This document shows, in pieces, positions 1 to 10,493 of a stretch of 64,000 bases of DNA. The notes under the pieces are model-generated. The model had not been told where the DNA came from, ran no database searches, and worked only from the letters and a program-made list of their open reading frames with translations. Both the position numbers and the translations under genes were made by a program. The stretch lies in contig OZ253439.1 in NCBI GenBank assembly GCA_965261035.1, positions 1,337,070-1,401,069 of the forward strand, read 5' to 3'. Within the stretch, counting starts at the first letter, position 1. The number at the start of each line of letters is the position of its first letter. Source of the DNA: Polaribacter sp. GTDB lineage: Bacteria; Bacteroidota; Bacteroidia; Flavobacteriales; Flavobacteriaceae.

Positions 1-1131
1 TTTTCTTCTCATAAGGAACATTAAGAATCTATAATCTAATTCGTCTTTTTCTTTTTCCGCCTTCTTGTCCAATCTTTTCAAATGTAAGTCTATTTCACTT
101 AAAGAACTAATATCATGAAGTGCAATAAGACAGTTTATATATTCAGCTTGGTATTTGTACCTACCTACAGTATTGGCTGAAAACTTTAAATACTTGTATG
201 ACTTGTCAAATAGTCCAATTTCATAGTAACAATATCCAATTAAAAAAGAACACTCAATTAATGTTTGTAATTCTTCACTAGAGAGCGTCTCTTTCCACCA
301 TTTTTGTTGTAAAGATTTAAATGAGTTATCAAAAAATACAATTGCATCCCAAAATCTATTTTCTCTCATTGCTCTTTTTCCGGAGTAGAATTCTCTAGCA
401 ATATCAGGGTGGTTAATAATTGATAAAAGGTCTTCTTCCAAGCAATCTAATTCATCAATCCTATTATTATCGACCTTGTTCTTTGCAGAATTGAAAACAC
501 TAAAAAGCTCTTTTGTAATTTCATCATCTGGTCTGTAGTCGTAAGCTATAAGAATTGATAAATATTCTGGCTGTGGGTTAACCCCTTTTTTATCTCTTTC
601 GAGCATTATTACTGGTTTACAAAATGTAGTTTGAATATAGACAACTTGGTCTTTAGTCCCATTAGGCTGCATATGAATAATCAACATTGCGTCTTTTTTG
701 GATATTGATTTATCCTTGTCAGTTCTATGTTTTTCATATGTTCTGTAGGATAATGTTAAAACAATCTGATTTATTAATTTACTGCACCCCTCTCTAAAAT
801 AGGAATACTCACCTTTTTCATTTCTTTTGTAGTGATTTAAAAACTCATAATTCCAAATTTTGTCTTCGCCTTCAATTACTTTCAAATTACCATCATTTAT
901 AGTTAAAACAAATAATTCTTCTTTCCTAATGTCAAAAAGAGAATTAACTATTTTTCCAAATTTTAATGAATGATTTTCATTAGTCCTAAATTGAAATTTT
1001 TCATTTTGCTTTTGAAATTCTAATTCTCGTCGAAGCCAAAAAATATCAGGATCTAATTTTGAACCGTCTTTGAATTCTAAAACGCCTTTCTTCTCATTTC
1101 TTTCTTTTTTACTAAACATTTTTTTAAACAT
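1..1131 (-). CDS. Hypothetical protein, 3'-truncated by window edge; helical TPR-like C-terminal half
   Basis: Manual translation from ATG at 1131 (MFKKMFSKKERNEKKG...) stays open to base 1 (377 codons); TPR-like segment FLIGYCYYEIGLFDKSYKYL. Absent from ORF track because it has no stop in the window. Confidence 0.75.
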   Translation of the reverse strand, partial: MFKKMFSKKERNEKKGVLEFKDGSKLDPDIFWLRRELEFQKQNEKFQFRTNENHSLKFGKIVNSLFDIRKEELFVLTINDGNLKVIEGEDKIWNYEFLNHYKRNEKGEYSYFREGCSKLINQIVLTLSYRTYEKHRTDKDKSISKKDAMLIIHMQPNGTKDQVVYIQTTFCKPVIMLERDKKGVNPQPEYLSILIAYDYRPDDEITKELFSVFNSAKNKVDNNRIDELDCLEEDLLSIINHPDIAREFYSGKRAMRENRFWDAIVFFDNSFKSLQQKWWKETLSSEELQTLIECSFLIGYCYYEIGLFDKSYKYLKFSANTVGRYKYQAEYINCLIALHDISSLSEIDLHLKRLDKKAEKEKDELDYRFLMFLMRRK

Positions 1132-1159
1132 ACTGTTGTCCTTATATAAAGGATTAACT

Positions 1160-1759
1160 TTAAAATTGCGATGTATTACTAACATTCGTTTTAGACTCAT
1201 CCGTAAATTTAATCTTCTTTCTAATTAACATAAATCTAATAATAAAAAAAAGTATTAGACATAATATCCCAAATAAAATTTTCCCATAAAAACTTTGTGG
1301 TTGTACTGAATCTAATGTTCCTGTATAGTCATCAATGTCTTCAGAAATAGTAGGATTTTTTGTTAATCTTGTTAATTCACCTAACTGTGGGTGATAAACA
1401 ATATTATCATCTGTAACTTGTCTATCATAAATTCTTTGTAAACTTTTTTCAGATAATGTATTAATTATACTTTCACTATTCTTCCATCTTTTAATAGGGT
1501 CTAATTTTTTTTCAATTTTAAGAATACCACATGAATTATTGTACTCAAATAATTTTCCATTTTTAAAAGTTACTGTAGATAATCCTTGTTTTCCATAACT
1601 CCAAACCTCTTCTTCTAAATATTGATAATTTTTTATTGATATTGGCTCTCCCATTACTTCTTTTACATCATTTTTTGATGAACCTATATTGATGTACCTC
1701 TGTGCATTTAGTATTGTAATACTAAAAATCGCTATTAATATTAAGATTGTTTTTTTCAT
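1160..1759 (-). CDS. Secreted hypothetical protein with BamE/SmpA-like N-terminal domain and C-terminal TM helix
   Basis: Signal peptide; IGSSKNDVKEVMGEP...EEVWSY pattern; hydrophobic segment ILFGILCLILFFII. Confidence 0.6.
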   Translation of the reverse strand: MKKTILILIAIFSITILNAQRYINIGSSKNDVKEVMGEPISIKNYQYLEEEVWSYGKQGLSTVTFKNGKLFEYNNSCGILKIEKKLDPIKRWKNSESIINTLSEKSLQRIYDRQVTDDNIVYHPQLGELTRLTKNPTISEDIDDYTGTLDSVQPQSFYGKILFGILCLILFFIIRFMLIRKKIKFTDESKTNVSNTSQF

Positions 1760-1869
1760 TGTTTAACTTATTTAAAATTTATTATTATAGTCTAAATTTT
1801 CTTCTAATATTCATCATTTTCTCGTTATCCGCCTGAAATTGTTCTTGAGATATTCCACGGGAGTGTCAT

Positions 1870-2400
1870 TTAATTTACGCTTATTGAATTCAAGAATTTG
1901 TCCTTCTCTGATTTTGAGGTCTCATTATCAATTAAATACCAACACTCAAAATTTACTAATTTATCTCTGACTAATAGCATTACAAAAAATCGTTTACCTC
2001 TAACACCATTTGCAGGATTAACAGCACTGTATTCTACTTTTCTTCCACGATATTCACTTATTTTTATCTCACTACTCCTTGTATATTTATTTCCTGTGTA
2101 ATCTACTTTTCCTTTCACAGCATTATCCAAAAAAGAATCCTCGACTTCTTTAATTTCTGATTGTGTCCATTTTTTCTTAGCTATTACATATTGATGATAG
2201 TTTGGTATAACTCTTAATACTAATGTCATAAAAAAGCAATTTTTCGTCTTTCCTACATAAGAAGTGCCTTGTGTATTAGTTTTATATTCTGGATAAATTG
2301 GAAATGTTACGAATAAGCCGTTCTCTACTTCTTTTTTAGTTTGACCAAAAATCAATGATGTTGTTAATATCATTAGAAGAATTATTAATTTTAGTCTCAT
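1870..2400 (-). CDS. Secreted hypothetical protein (PsbP/DUF1795-like fold possible)
   Basis: Signal peptide; beta-rich pattern ending KDKFLNSI. Confidence 0.55.
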   Translation of the reverse strand: MRLKLIILLMILTTSLIFGQTKKEVENGLFVTFPIYPEYKTNTQGTSYVGKTKNCFFMTLVLRVIPNYHQYVIAKKKWTQSEIKEVEDSFLDNAVKGKVDYTGNKYTRSSEIKISEYRGRKVEYSAVNPANGVRGKRFFVMLLVRDKLVNFECWYLIDNETSKSEKDKFLNSISVN

Positions 2401-2407
2401 TTTTTCG

Positions 2408-2452
2408 TTTTTTGTTTGTCCTTAGCTCGAGAGAACGTTAGTTAGAGCCGTT
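2408..2452. repeat. 45-bp direct repeat, copy 1
   Basis: ttttttgtttgtccttagctcgagagaacgttagttagagccgtt; 44/45 identical to 4429..4473. Confidence 0.9.
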
Positions 2453-2472
2453 GTGATTATTTTAGATTGAAA

Positions 2473-2676
2473 TTATAATTCGTTATCCCATTTTATTTTG
2501 GGTTTCATGCAATAAATCCAGATCATTGCTATAGTTGGTATTATAAATCCAAGAAAGCTCCAAATATCAGTATTTCTATTTAGTCGTTCTGCTTTTTCCG
2601 AACACACTACCACACCAATAACCCTATAAAATAAGGATATTATAATTATTGCTAATGATTCTTCCTCATCTGTCAT
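2473..2676 (-). CDS. Small two-TM membrane protein
   Basis: 67 aa, two hydrophobic segments, AERLNRNxxxWSFLGF motif; overlaps the upstream gene by 4 nt. Confidence 0.6.
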   Translation of the reverse strand: MTDEEESLAIIIISLFYRVIGVVVCSEKAERLNRNTDIWSFLGFIIPTIAMIWIYCMKPKIKWDNEL

Positions 2677-3065
2677 TTTTTATTTGATTTAAAGATAATC
2701 TTTAGTTCCGTTATAGCTCTTTCTTCTAATTCTTTTAGCTTTTTCCAATTCCTTTTATTTTTAGAAATTTCTTTAGAAATTTCATCTGCTTTCATTTTCA
2801 GTTCTTTGTTTTGAAATCTATCTGGATGACAACTTCTAATCAATTTTTTGTATAAGTCTTTTGACTTATTTATGTCGTTCATTACATCGTCCATAATATT
2901 GATTTTAGGCTCTTTTGTGTTTAGATTTTTATTTAATTTTAGAAATAAAAATACAATGATTGCAAATTCCACTAATGCAACCCAAAACCATATTGAGAAT
3001 GATATTGAATCAGTGTTTGATGAGCCTAAGCTATCTATTTTAGTTTGTAATAAAATGTTTTTCAT
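2673..3065 (-). CDS. Membrane-anchored J-domain (DnaJ-like) protein
   Basis: TM segment WFWVALVEFAIIVFLF followed by YKKLIRSCHPDRF (HPD motif). Confidence 0.7.
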   Translation of the reverse strand: MKNILLQTKIDSLGSSNTDSISFSIWFWVALVEFAIIVFLFLKLNKNLNTKEPKINIMDDVMNDINKSKDLYKKLIRSCHPDRFQNKELKMKADEISKEISKNKRNWKKLKELEERAITELKIIFKSNKK

Positions 3066-3077
3066 ACAATTGTTATT

Positions 3078-3479
3078 TTAATGAGCCTCCAATTCGCTTC
3101 CAATATTTGCATAGTCTATTAATTTCCATTTTGCTCCATTGTATCCTTGATCAGCGTGTACTTCTAAAGTATCCCAGCCTAAAGAAATAAGTCTTCTGAC
3201 TAGTTCTTCATTGTCCAAAATCACTTGACCAATTTCTTTTAGCTCTCTTTTTTCAAGTGTACAACCAGCAAGAGCTTTTATTCGGAAACCACCACTTCTC
3301 CATTTAGAAAATACGTGTCGGTATTTACTGTCTCCCTTTGTTATTTTACTCTCAAGTAAAGTAGGAGCAACTCCAAAAATAAATGATTGTTTGGCTGCAT
3401 TATTGAAATCTCTTACAAGTTGGTATCGTTCAGACATCTTTCCGAACCATTCCTTGACTTTCATGATTTTATACCACAT
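3078..3479 (-). CDS. Hypothetical protein
   Basis: 133-aa ORF tightly packed in the array. Confidence 0.65.
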   Translation of the reverse strand: MWYKIMKVKEWFGKMSERYQLVRDFNNAAKQSFIFGVAPTLLESKITKGDSKYRHVFSKWRSGGFRIKALAGCTLEKRELKEIGQVILDNEELVRRLISLGWDTLEVHADQGYNGAKWKLIDYANIGSELEAH

Positions 3480-3501
3480 ATTTTTGATTATATAACAAGA
3501 T

Positions 3502-3987
3502 TTAATTTATCAAAGCTTTTTTACGTTCTATTTCAGCTCTAAGATTGTTAAACCACTGATTATAGATTTCAGGTTTATGTACCATAGATTCTTTATTTTT
3601 TGTGTTTTTTACTCCAAAAGAGATAGAACCCTCATATATTGTAATTTTGATTTCTGTTAATTTATTATTAAATTCCTCAATATAAAACATGGCTTTAGAC
3701 GTGTTAGAATCTTTAGAATATATCGAAAAAGCCTTTTTAAACTTGGAATTTTTATACTCAATTCTTTTGTAAGCGTTAATCAGTCCTATTTCTTTATCGG
3801 CTGTGTTTATTATGTAACTTTCTGACTGTAATAGAGATATAACAGATTTAAACACTAAATCTTTATTAGTTTCAAATTGTCTTGTTGTCATCATTTTTAC
3901 TTCTGCGGGTGATTTTGTAACCATTTTTACAGCACACGAAGTAAATAAAGATACTGAAATGATTAGAAATGTGAATGTTTTTTTCAT
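3502..3987 (-). CDS. Hypothetical lipoprotein
   Basis: Lipobox LFTSC at residue 18. Confidence 0.7.
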   Translation of the reverse strand: MKKTFTFLIISVSLFTSCAVKMVTKSPAEVKMMTTRQFETNKDLVFKSVISLLQSESYIINTADKEIGLINAYKRIEYKNSKFKKAFSIYSKDSNTSKAMFYIEEFNNKLTEIKITIYEGSISFGVKNTKNKESMVHKPEIYNQWFNNLRAEIERKKALIN

Positions 3988-3997
3988 TGTGATTTTA

Positions 3998-4390
3998 TTA
4001 AAAATTTGTTGATATAACAGAATAATTTATAACAACATCGTTATTATCGAAAATTATTATTAAATCAAAAGACTGACTACTAGAACTTTGACTTGCTTTT
4101 ACACCAGTCCAAAAATTTGTGGCACCTACTGTGGCACCTTCTTTATTTTGGACACTCATTTTGTTGTAACTCCAAACCTCATTATTTGATTTGTTTTTTG
4201 TTATTAAATTGGGAGAGCCAAAAAGTTTAAGAATTTCCGCTTGTGTTGTTTGTCCTCTTTTAACTTTACTTTTAACAACACCAAAGGTCAAATTACTTTT
4301 TTGAGTTGGCTCTGCATTAGCACCGTATTTGTAACTGTTACAGTTAATTAAACATAAAATTATTGAAATAATAATTAATTTACTTTTCAT
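3998..4390 (-). CDS. BamE/SmpA-like lipoprotein
   Basis: Probable start MKSKLIII (ORF track starts at 4420); lipobox LINC; GQTTQAEILKLFGSP...EVWSY pattern. Confidence 0.65.
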   Translation of the reverse strand: MKSKLIIISIILCLINCNSYKYGANAEPTQKSNLTFGVVKSKVKRGQTTQAEILKLFGSPNLITKNKSNNEVWSYNKMSVQNKEGATVGATNFWTGVKASQSSSSQSFDLIIIFDNNDVVINYSVISTNF

Positions 4391-4428
4391 CTTTTTGACA
4401 GTGTTTACTTTCTTTAACATAAATATTT

Positions 4429-4473
4429 TTTTTTGTTTGTCCTTAGCTCGAGAGGACGTTAGTTAGAGCCGTT
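4429..4473. repeat. 45-bp direct repeat, copy 2
   Basis: Matches 2408..2452 with one mismatch; offset 2021 bp. Confidence 0.9.
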
Positions 4474-4665
4474 ATGTTCATTATTTAAAATCCTGTTAAT
4501 CAGAATTATTTAAAAAATAAATAGAAAATCATTAATTCCATCTATTTATCCTACACTTTATAATTAAATTGATACTCCTTTTTTTTACCTAAACAATCCT
4601 TTTATATTTTATAGTCAAACCTTGTTGTAATTCGAAAAATCGTAATCCGTATAATTATATTTCTG

Positions 4666-4673
4666 CAAATATA
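4666..4673 (-). promoter_or_regulatory. Bacteroidota -7 promoter element (TATATTTG) pointing into the accessory array
   Basis: Matches TAnnTTTG consensus. Confidence 0.55.
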
Positions 4674-4747
4674 TAAAAATTATCATTAATAATAACCAAT
4701 AAAATTATCAATTATAACATTTTTGTAAAATAATGACTTTACAATGA

Positions 4748-4963
4748 TTGATGAAGAAACAATTACAGATAGCTATTGGCAAGAGAATTAAACAGTTAAG
4801 AAAAGAAAAGAAAATTTCACAAGTTAAATTAGCACATCTATGTGGTTTTGAAAAACCTAATATGAATAGATTGGAAGCAGGAAATACAAACCCTACTCTA
4901 TATACTTTACATAAAGTTGCTACTAATCTAAATGTCTCATTAGCTGATTTAGTGAATTTTTGA
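4748..4963 (+). CDS. XRE-family helix-turn-helix regulator
   Basis: IKQLRKEKKISQVKLA...MNRLEAGNTNPTL. Confidence 0.9.
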   Translation: MMKKQLQIAIGKRIKQLRKEKKISQVKLAHLCGFEKPNMNRLEAGNTNPTLYTLHKVATNLNVSLADLVNF

Positions 4964-5045
4964 TAATAATACATAAGTTTTTGTTTTTACTACTGCAATA
5001 GTAAAACTAACTGTGGTTAGTTAGATAGGCTTGCAACCTTGCAAA

Positions 5046-6113
5046 TCAAAAAAAGTCATCCAACCAAGTACGGGGCATCCATTTTATTTTACTTTCTTTA
5101 AGTGATATTGCTTTAGGACGACTTTTAGCACCAGTTATTATATAATCATCAGCTATCTTTTTGTCATACTTCTTATAAAAAAAAGATTTTATCCTTGAAA
5201 GATGCACGTATATTTCATTTGATTTTAAGTCAATTATCTTATCTATACGTTTCCTCATCAAATCATAATCTTCACTATTTGAGACCTCTAAGTAATATTC
5301 AATTAGCTCACCTTTATGGAGAATTAATTCTGAAAGTAAAATGCCTTTTGGATGGTTTAAAAATAATAGGTAGATACATTTTGTTAAAGAATTTAATTTC
5401 ACTTCCAAATTATCAAAATCAACTAAAAATATTTTATACTCAGCATCAATCAAGACTGAGCTAGTTTTAATTAATTTAGTATCATCTATTTTACGTAAAT
5501 AAGCCTCAATTATCGGCAAAACCATTAAATAATCTCCAGATTCTTTCAGAGCATCTATTTGTTTAATTAACTCTAACATTATTTTTTTAGTAGATTCGTT
5601 TATTTTGATGTTTTCATCTTGGTCTTCTACATAGTCAACAGAGAAATGAGAGTCTTCAAATTCTGGAAAGAGTTTATAAAAATATTCTTCCTCAATACGT
5701 ATATGTGAGTCTAACCTTTCAATTAAATTACTTGATTCAAAATAAGTGAATAGCATTCTTTTCCCAAAAGCAATTGATAAAATAAAGTTATCTGGAACAT
5801 CTTTTAGACCAGCAAAAAATAAAATAGATTTAGTTATATTGTTATCTCTCTTTGATAAAATATCGGATTTTATTTGATTTAACACAAATTCTTTTGGAAT
5901 GGCAGGGTACAGATAATTAATGTATTTTACCAAGTTTACGTTATTATCGGGTTCTCTTATTAAAATAAGTTTCTTACCTTTTGTTTTTGCCTTTTGCTTA
6001 ATTTCTTCCAGTAAACGAGGCTTAATATTATCACATTTTAGGACAATATAATCATAAGGAACTATGTACATATTTAATTTGTAAGCCACTGTATTTGAAA
6101 AATTATTTGACAT
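5046..6113 (-). CDS. Hypothetical protein with putative C-terminal winged-helix DNA-binding region
   Basis: 355-aa ORF; C-terminus KLNSLTKCIYLLFLNHPKGI...IYVHLSRIK resembles effector wHTH domains. Confidence 0.6.
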   Translation of the reverse strand: MSNNFSNTVAYKLNMYIVPYDYIVLKCDNIKPRLLEEIKQKAKTKGKKLILIREPDNNVNLVKYINYLYPAIPKEFVLNQIKSDILSKRDNNITKSILFFAGLKDVPDNFILSIAFGKRMLFTYFESSNLIERLDSHIRIEEEYFYKLFPEFEDSHFSVDYVEDQDENIKINESTKKIMLELIKQIDALKESGDYLMVLPIIEAYLRKIDDTKLIKTSSVLIDAEYKIFLVDFDNLEVKLNSLTKCIYLLFLNHPKGILLSELILHKGELIEYYLEVSNSEDYDLMRKRIDKIIDLKSNEIYVHLSRIKSFFYKKYDKKIADDYIITGAKSRPKAISLKESKIKWMPRTWLDDFF

Positions 6114-6264
6114 ATTTTTTGTGTTTAGGTTATAATCGTTTCTAATATAATTATTGTAATAATCCTCAAATGATTTGGTGTTTTTTTATAAAAAAACAGA
6201 TATTTTGTTCAATGATTTACAAATTCCAGATTAACTCGTAATTCATAATTCCAACTTCTCTCCC

Positions 6265-6939
6265 CTATTCCAACAAATCAGGTCTTATCTGCTGTGTTCT
6301 TTCTTGGGATTTTTGGTGTCTCCACTCATAAATTTCAGGAAAATTTCCTGATAATAATATCTCTGGAACTTTCATTCCTTTATATTCTGCGGGTCTTGTA
6401 TATACGGGAGGCGATAATAAATTATCCTGAAAAGAATCGGTTAAGGCAGAAGTTTCGTCTCCCAAAACTCCGGGGATTAAACGAATTATACTATCGCATA
6501 AAACGGCTGCTGCTAATTCCCCGCCGCTCAACACATAATCTCCAATAGAAATTTCTTTGGTTATAAATTTATCTCTTACACGTTGGTCAACTCCTTTGTA
6601 ATGACCCGTTAGAACAATCATATTTTCTTTTAAAGAAAGCCCGTTTGCTGTTGTTTGGTCTAATGTTTTTGCATCTGGTGTCATATAAATAATTTCATCA
6701 TACACACGTTCCGATTTCAATTTAGAGATACATTTATCAATCGGCTCAATCATCAACACCATACCGGCACCACCACCAAACTGATAGTCGTCAATTTTGT
6801 TGTAGCTTCCCGTAGCATATTCCCTAATATTATGAAAATAAACTTCTAACAACCCTTTGTCTATGGCTCTTTTTATGATAGAATACTCAAATGGACTTCG
6901 AATTAATTCTGGAGAAACCGTAATAATATCTATTCGCAT
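6265..6939 (-). CDS. trmD: tRNA (guanine-N1)-methyltransferase
   Basis: MRIDIIT start, [32 protein letters not shown]. Confidence 0.98.
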   Translation of the reverse strand: MRIDIITVSPELIRSPFEYSIIKRAIDKGLLEVYFHNIREYATGSYNKIDDYQFGGGAGMVLMIEPIDKCISKLKSERVYDEIIYMTPDAKTLDQTTANGLSLKENMIVLTGHYKGVDQRVRDKFITKEISIGDYVLSGGELAAAVLCDSIIRLIPGVLGDETSALTDSFQDNLLSPPVYTRPAEYKGMKVPEILLSGNFPEIYEWRHQKSQERTQQIRPDLLE

Positions 6940-6943
6940 TCTG

Positions 6944-6983
6944 CAAATGTATTACTTTAAACACTTTTCTTTGTGTAACTTTG
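6944..6983. promoter_or_regulatory. Back-to-back -7 elements for trmD (TACATTTG, minus, 6944..6951) and uvrA (TAACTTTG, plus, 6976..6983)
   Basis: Two exact TAnnTTTG matches in a 67-bp intergenic gap. Confidence 0.7.
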
Positions 6984-7006
6984 CATTTTTCTACAAAATA
7001 CTGAAT

Positions 7007-9856
7007 TTGAAACAGCAAGAATACATAGAAGTTTTTGGAGCGAGAGTACATAATTTAAAAAATATTGATGTAAAAATCCCTCGAGAGAAACTCGTTGTTA
7101 TAACTGGTTTAAGCGGTAGCGGAAAATCTTCTTTAGCTTTTGATACAATTTATGCCGAAGGACAACGAAGATATATAGAAACATTTTCTGCTTATGCCAG
7201 ACAATTTTTAGGCGGATTAGAAAGACCCGATGTCGATAAAATAGACGGATTATCGCCCGTTATTTCTATCGAACAAAAAACCACGAACAAAAGCCCGAGA
7301 TCTACCGTTGGAACTATCACAGAAATTTATGATTTCTTACGATTATTGTACGCCCGTGCTTCGGATGCTTATTCGTACAACACTGACGAGAAAATGGTAA
7401 GTTATAGCGATAAAGAAATTAAAGAACTGATTATATCTGAATTTCAAAACAGAAAAATAGCTGTTCTTGCTCCGCTGATAAAATCCAGAAAAGGACATTA
7501 CAGAGAATTATTTGAGCAAACTGCCAAACAAGGATTTGTAAGAGTTCGGGTGGACGGCAAGATAAAAGAAATTGAAAAAGGAATGCGTTTAGACCGATAC
7601 AAAACGCACGATATTGAAGTTGTAATTGATAGACTGCTGATAAATAATTCCGTAGAAAAACGGCTGGGAGAAACTGTAAAAACTGCCTTATATACTGGAA
7701 ATAATATTTTAATGGTAATTGATATTGAGACAAGCAAACCTCGTTATTTTAGCAGGGATTTAATGTGTCCGACCTCTGGTATTGCGTACCCAAATCCAGA
7801 GCCAAATTCATTTTCGTTCAACTCTCCAAAAGGAGCTTGCCCCAATTGTATCGGATTGGGAATTACAAATGAAGTCAATAAAAAAAAGGTTATTCCTGAT
7901 AATAAAATTTCAATAAAAAAAGGCGGAATAATTCCTTTGGGAGAACAAAAAAATAGCTGGATTTTCAAACAACTCGAACTTATTGCAGAACGATACAACT
8001 TTAAATTAAGCGATTCAATAAGTAAAATCCCAAAAAAAGCGATGAATATAATCCTCGACGGAGGTAATGACAGCTTTAATGTTAAGTCCAAATCTATGGG
8101 AATAACCCGCAATTACAGAATTGATTTTGAAGGAATTATTGCATTTATATACAGTCAATACAAAAATAGCGAATCTACGTCTATAAAAAGATGGGCAAAA
8201 GGATTTATGGACGAGGTAAATTGTTCTGATTGCAATGGAAATAGATTAAAGAAAGAAGCTCTTCATTTTAAAATTCGCAATAAAAATATCAGCGATTTAG
8301 CTAAGATGGACATCACAGAATTGTCCGAGTGGTTTCAAAAAATTGATAATAAATTATCCAAAAGACAATTAGCTATTGCCTTAGAAATATTAAAAGAAAT
8401 ACGTACCCGAATTCAGTTTTTGTTGGATGTTGGCTTGGAGTATTTAACACTTGACAGGACCTCCAAATCGTTATCTGGCGGAGAGGCACAGCGAATTCGT
8501 TTAGCAACACAGATAGGCTCTCAATTGGTGGGTGTTTTATATATTTTGGACGAGCCAAGTATTGGATTGCATCAACGAGATAATCAAAAGTTGATAAATT
8601 CTTTGATAAAATTAAGAGATATTGGAAATTCGGTCATAGTTGTTGAACACGACAGAGATATGATAGAAAGTGCCGATTTTGTTTTTGATATTGGTCCCGG
8701 AGCAGGAAGACACGGTGGAGAAATTGTCAGTAACGGCACTTTTAATAAGCTGAAAGAACACAACACATTAACGGCAGATTATATCACCGGAAAAAAAGAA
8801 ATTATAACCCCAGAAAAGAGAAGAGAAGGAAACGGAAAATTCATAAAACTGAAAGGAGCAAAAGGAAATAATTTAAAAAATATTTCTGTCGATTTTCCTC
8901 TCGGAAAAATGATTTGCGTAACGGGAGTCTCTGGTAGCGGGAAATCGACGTTAGTCAACGAGACTTTATACCCGATTTTAAATCAACATATATATAGGAG
9001 TGTTAAAAAACCGATGCCTTATAAAAGCATTGAAGGAATTGAAAATATCGACAAGGTAATTGACATAGACCAATCGCCAATCGGTAGAACTCCACGCTCC
9101 AATCCGGCTACTTATACGGGTGTTTTTGGCGAAATAAGAAGCCTGTTTTCAAAAACTATGGAGGCTACAATCAGAGGATATAAACCCGGTCGTTTTTCTT
9201 TTAATGTAAAAAGAGGACGCTGTGAAACTTGCCGAGGCGGAGGCGTTCGTATAATAGAAATGAATTTTCTGCCAGACGTTTATGTAGAATGTGAAACTTG
9301 CTTAGGAAAACGTTTTAACAGAGAAACTTTAGAGATAAGATATAAAGGAAAATCAATTGCAGATATTTTAAAGATGACGATAAATGAAGCGGTTATTTTC
9401 TTTGAAAAAATTCCTAAAATTTATCGTAAAATAAAAACAATTCAGGACGTAGGATTAGGTTATATAACTTTAGGTCAGCAATCTACAACTTTATCTGGCG
9501 GAGAGGCACAGCGAATTAAGTTAGCGTCAGAACTCTCAAAAAGAGACACCGGAAACACCTTTTATATTTTAGATGAACCAACAACTGGCTTACATTTTGA
9601 AGACATCAGAGTTTTGATGCAGGTGCTAAATAAACTAGCCGACAAAGGTAATACGGTTTTAATAATAGAGCACAATTTAGACGTTGTAAAATTAGCAGAT
9701 TATATTATAGATATTGGTATGGAAGGCGGAAAAAAAGGCGGAGAAATAGTGTGTGCAGGTATTCCAGAAGAAATTTGTAATAATAAAAAAAGCTATACAG
9801 CTAAATTTTTGAAAAGAGAACTTTGGAAGTTAAAAGCGACTACTGAAAGCTTTTAG
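7007..9856 (+). CDS. uvrA: Excinuclease ABC subunit A
   Basis: Two ABC ATPase modules ([24 protein letters not shown] twice), Zn fingers. In-frame TTG at 7007 preferred, since the ORF-track start at 6857 overlaps trmD. Confidence 0.97.
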   Translation: MKQQEYIEVFGARVHNLKNIDVKIPREKLVVITGLSGSGKSSLAFDTIYAEGQRRYIETFSAYARQFLGGLERPDVDKIDGLSPVISIEQKTTNKSPRSTVGTITEIYDFLRLLYARASDAYSYNTDEKMVSYSDKEIKELIISEFQNRKIAVLAPLIKSRKGHYRELFEQTAKQGFVRVRVDGKIKEIEKGMRLDRYKTHDIEVVIDRLLINNSVEKRLGETVKTALYTGNNILMVIDIETSKPRYFSRDLMCPTSGIAYPNPEPNSFSFNSPKGACPNCIGLGITNEVNKKKVIPDNKISIKKGGIIPLGEQKNSWIFKQLELIAERYNFKLSDSISKIPKKAMNIILDGGNDSFNVKSKSMGITRNYRIDFEGIIAFIYSQYKNSESTSIKRWAKGFMDEVNCSDCNGNRLKKEALHFKIRNKNISDLAKMDITELSEWFQKIDNKLSKRQLAIALEILKEIRTRIQFLLDVGLEYLTLDRTSKSLSGGEAQRIRLATQIGSQLVGVLYILDEPSIGLHQRDNQKLINSLIKLRDIGNSVIVVEHDRDMIESADFVFDIGPGAGRHGGEIVSNGTFNKLKEHNTLTADYITGKKEIITPEKRREGNGKFIKLKGAKGNNLKNISVDFPLGKMICVTGVSGSGKSTLVNETLYPILNQHIYRSVKKPMPYKSIEGIENIDKVIDIDQSPIGRTPRSNPATYTGVFGEIRSLFSKTMEATIRGYKPGRFSFNVKRGRCETCRGGGVRIIEMNFLPDVYVECETCLGKRFNRETLEIRYKGKSIADILKMTINEAVIFFEKIPKIYRKIKTIQDVGLGYITLGQQSTTLSGGEAQRIKLASELSKRDTGNTFYILDEPTTGLHFEDIRVLMQVLNKLADKGNTVLIIEHNLDVVKLADYIIDIGMEGGKKGGEIVCAGIPEEICNNKKSYTAKFLKRELWKLKATTESF

Positions 9857-9866
9857 TTTTTAACTT

Positions 9867-10493
9867 CTAATAAGCATATACACAGATAAATTCTTCAAAT
9901 TCTATAAAATAAATATTATGTGTAGATTCTTTGCCGCCATAATTAATTTTTCCAGTAGTTTTTCTATCATCAAGAAAAAATTCATCAATGTGAATATGGT
10001 CCAAAAACAAGAGATTTTTTTTTCCATAAACTTTATATAAAGACTCTTTTGCTCCCCAAATAACAGTTAGTTTGGTTACCAGAGCGTTATGATTGGCTAT
10101 TGTTCTATATTCTTGAATTAGCGTGAATTTATATGCTATTTTTACGATTTTGTCACGTTGCTTTTCAATATCAATTCCAACAGGAACATTATCAGAAATG
10201 ATAATTCCAGAAAAAGTAAACGAGTGCGTAATAGAAATATGTTTTCCATCTTTTAGATGAGGTTTTCCAAATTCATCGTATATCAAATCAGAATCTTTAT
10301 AGCCAGCAATTTTCAGCAAATGTCTTATGCTTAAAAATCCTCTTTGGTGGAGTTCGGATTTCATTCCATCTAAACGTTTTTGGTGTTTTTCGGTTAATTT
10401 AATTCCTACAGACAAATCATTTAAAGACTCTTCAATCTTCCAAATCAGTACTTTAGTAGTTTTATTAACAGTTATGGTCTTGTAAATAGGCAT
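9867..10493 (-). CDS. 4'-phosphopantetheinyl transferase family protein
   Basis: GKPHL, SITHS, VGIDIE, WGAKESLYK. Confidence 0.92.
   Translation of the reverse strand: MPIYKTITVNKTTKVLIWKIEESLNDLSVGIKLTEKHQKRLDGMKSELHQRGFLSIRHLLKIAGYKDSDLIYDEFGKPHLKDGKHISITHSFTFSGIIISDNVPVGIDIEKQRDKIVKIAYKFTLIQEYRTIANHNALVTKLTVIWGAKESLYKVYGKKNLLFLDHIHIDEFFLDDRKTTGKINYGGKESTHNIYFIEFEEFICVYAY

Noticed and set aside
1770-1869. Possible gene relic between two array genes (NDTPVEYLKNNFRRITRK)
   Set aside because: No recognisable family and no start; cannot be supported
2408-4473. CRISPR array
   Set aside because: Only two copies 2 kb apart with whole genes between them; no spacers and no cas genes
4708-4974. 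88-aa minus-strand ORF
   Set aside because: Antisense to the clear XRE gene
6857-7006. N-terminal extension of UvrA in the ORF track
   Set aside because: Overlaps trmD and both promoters; homology starts at TTG 7007
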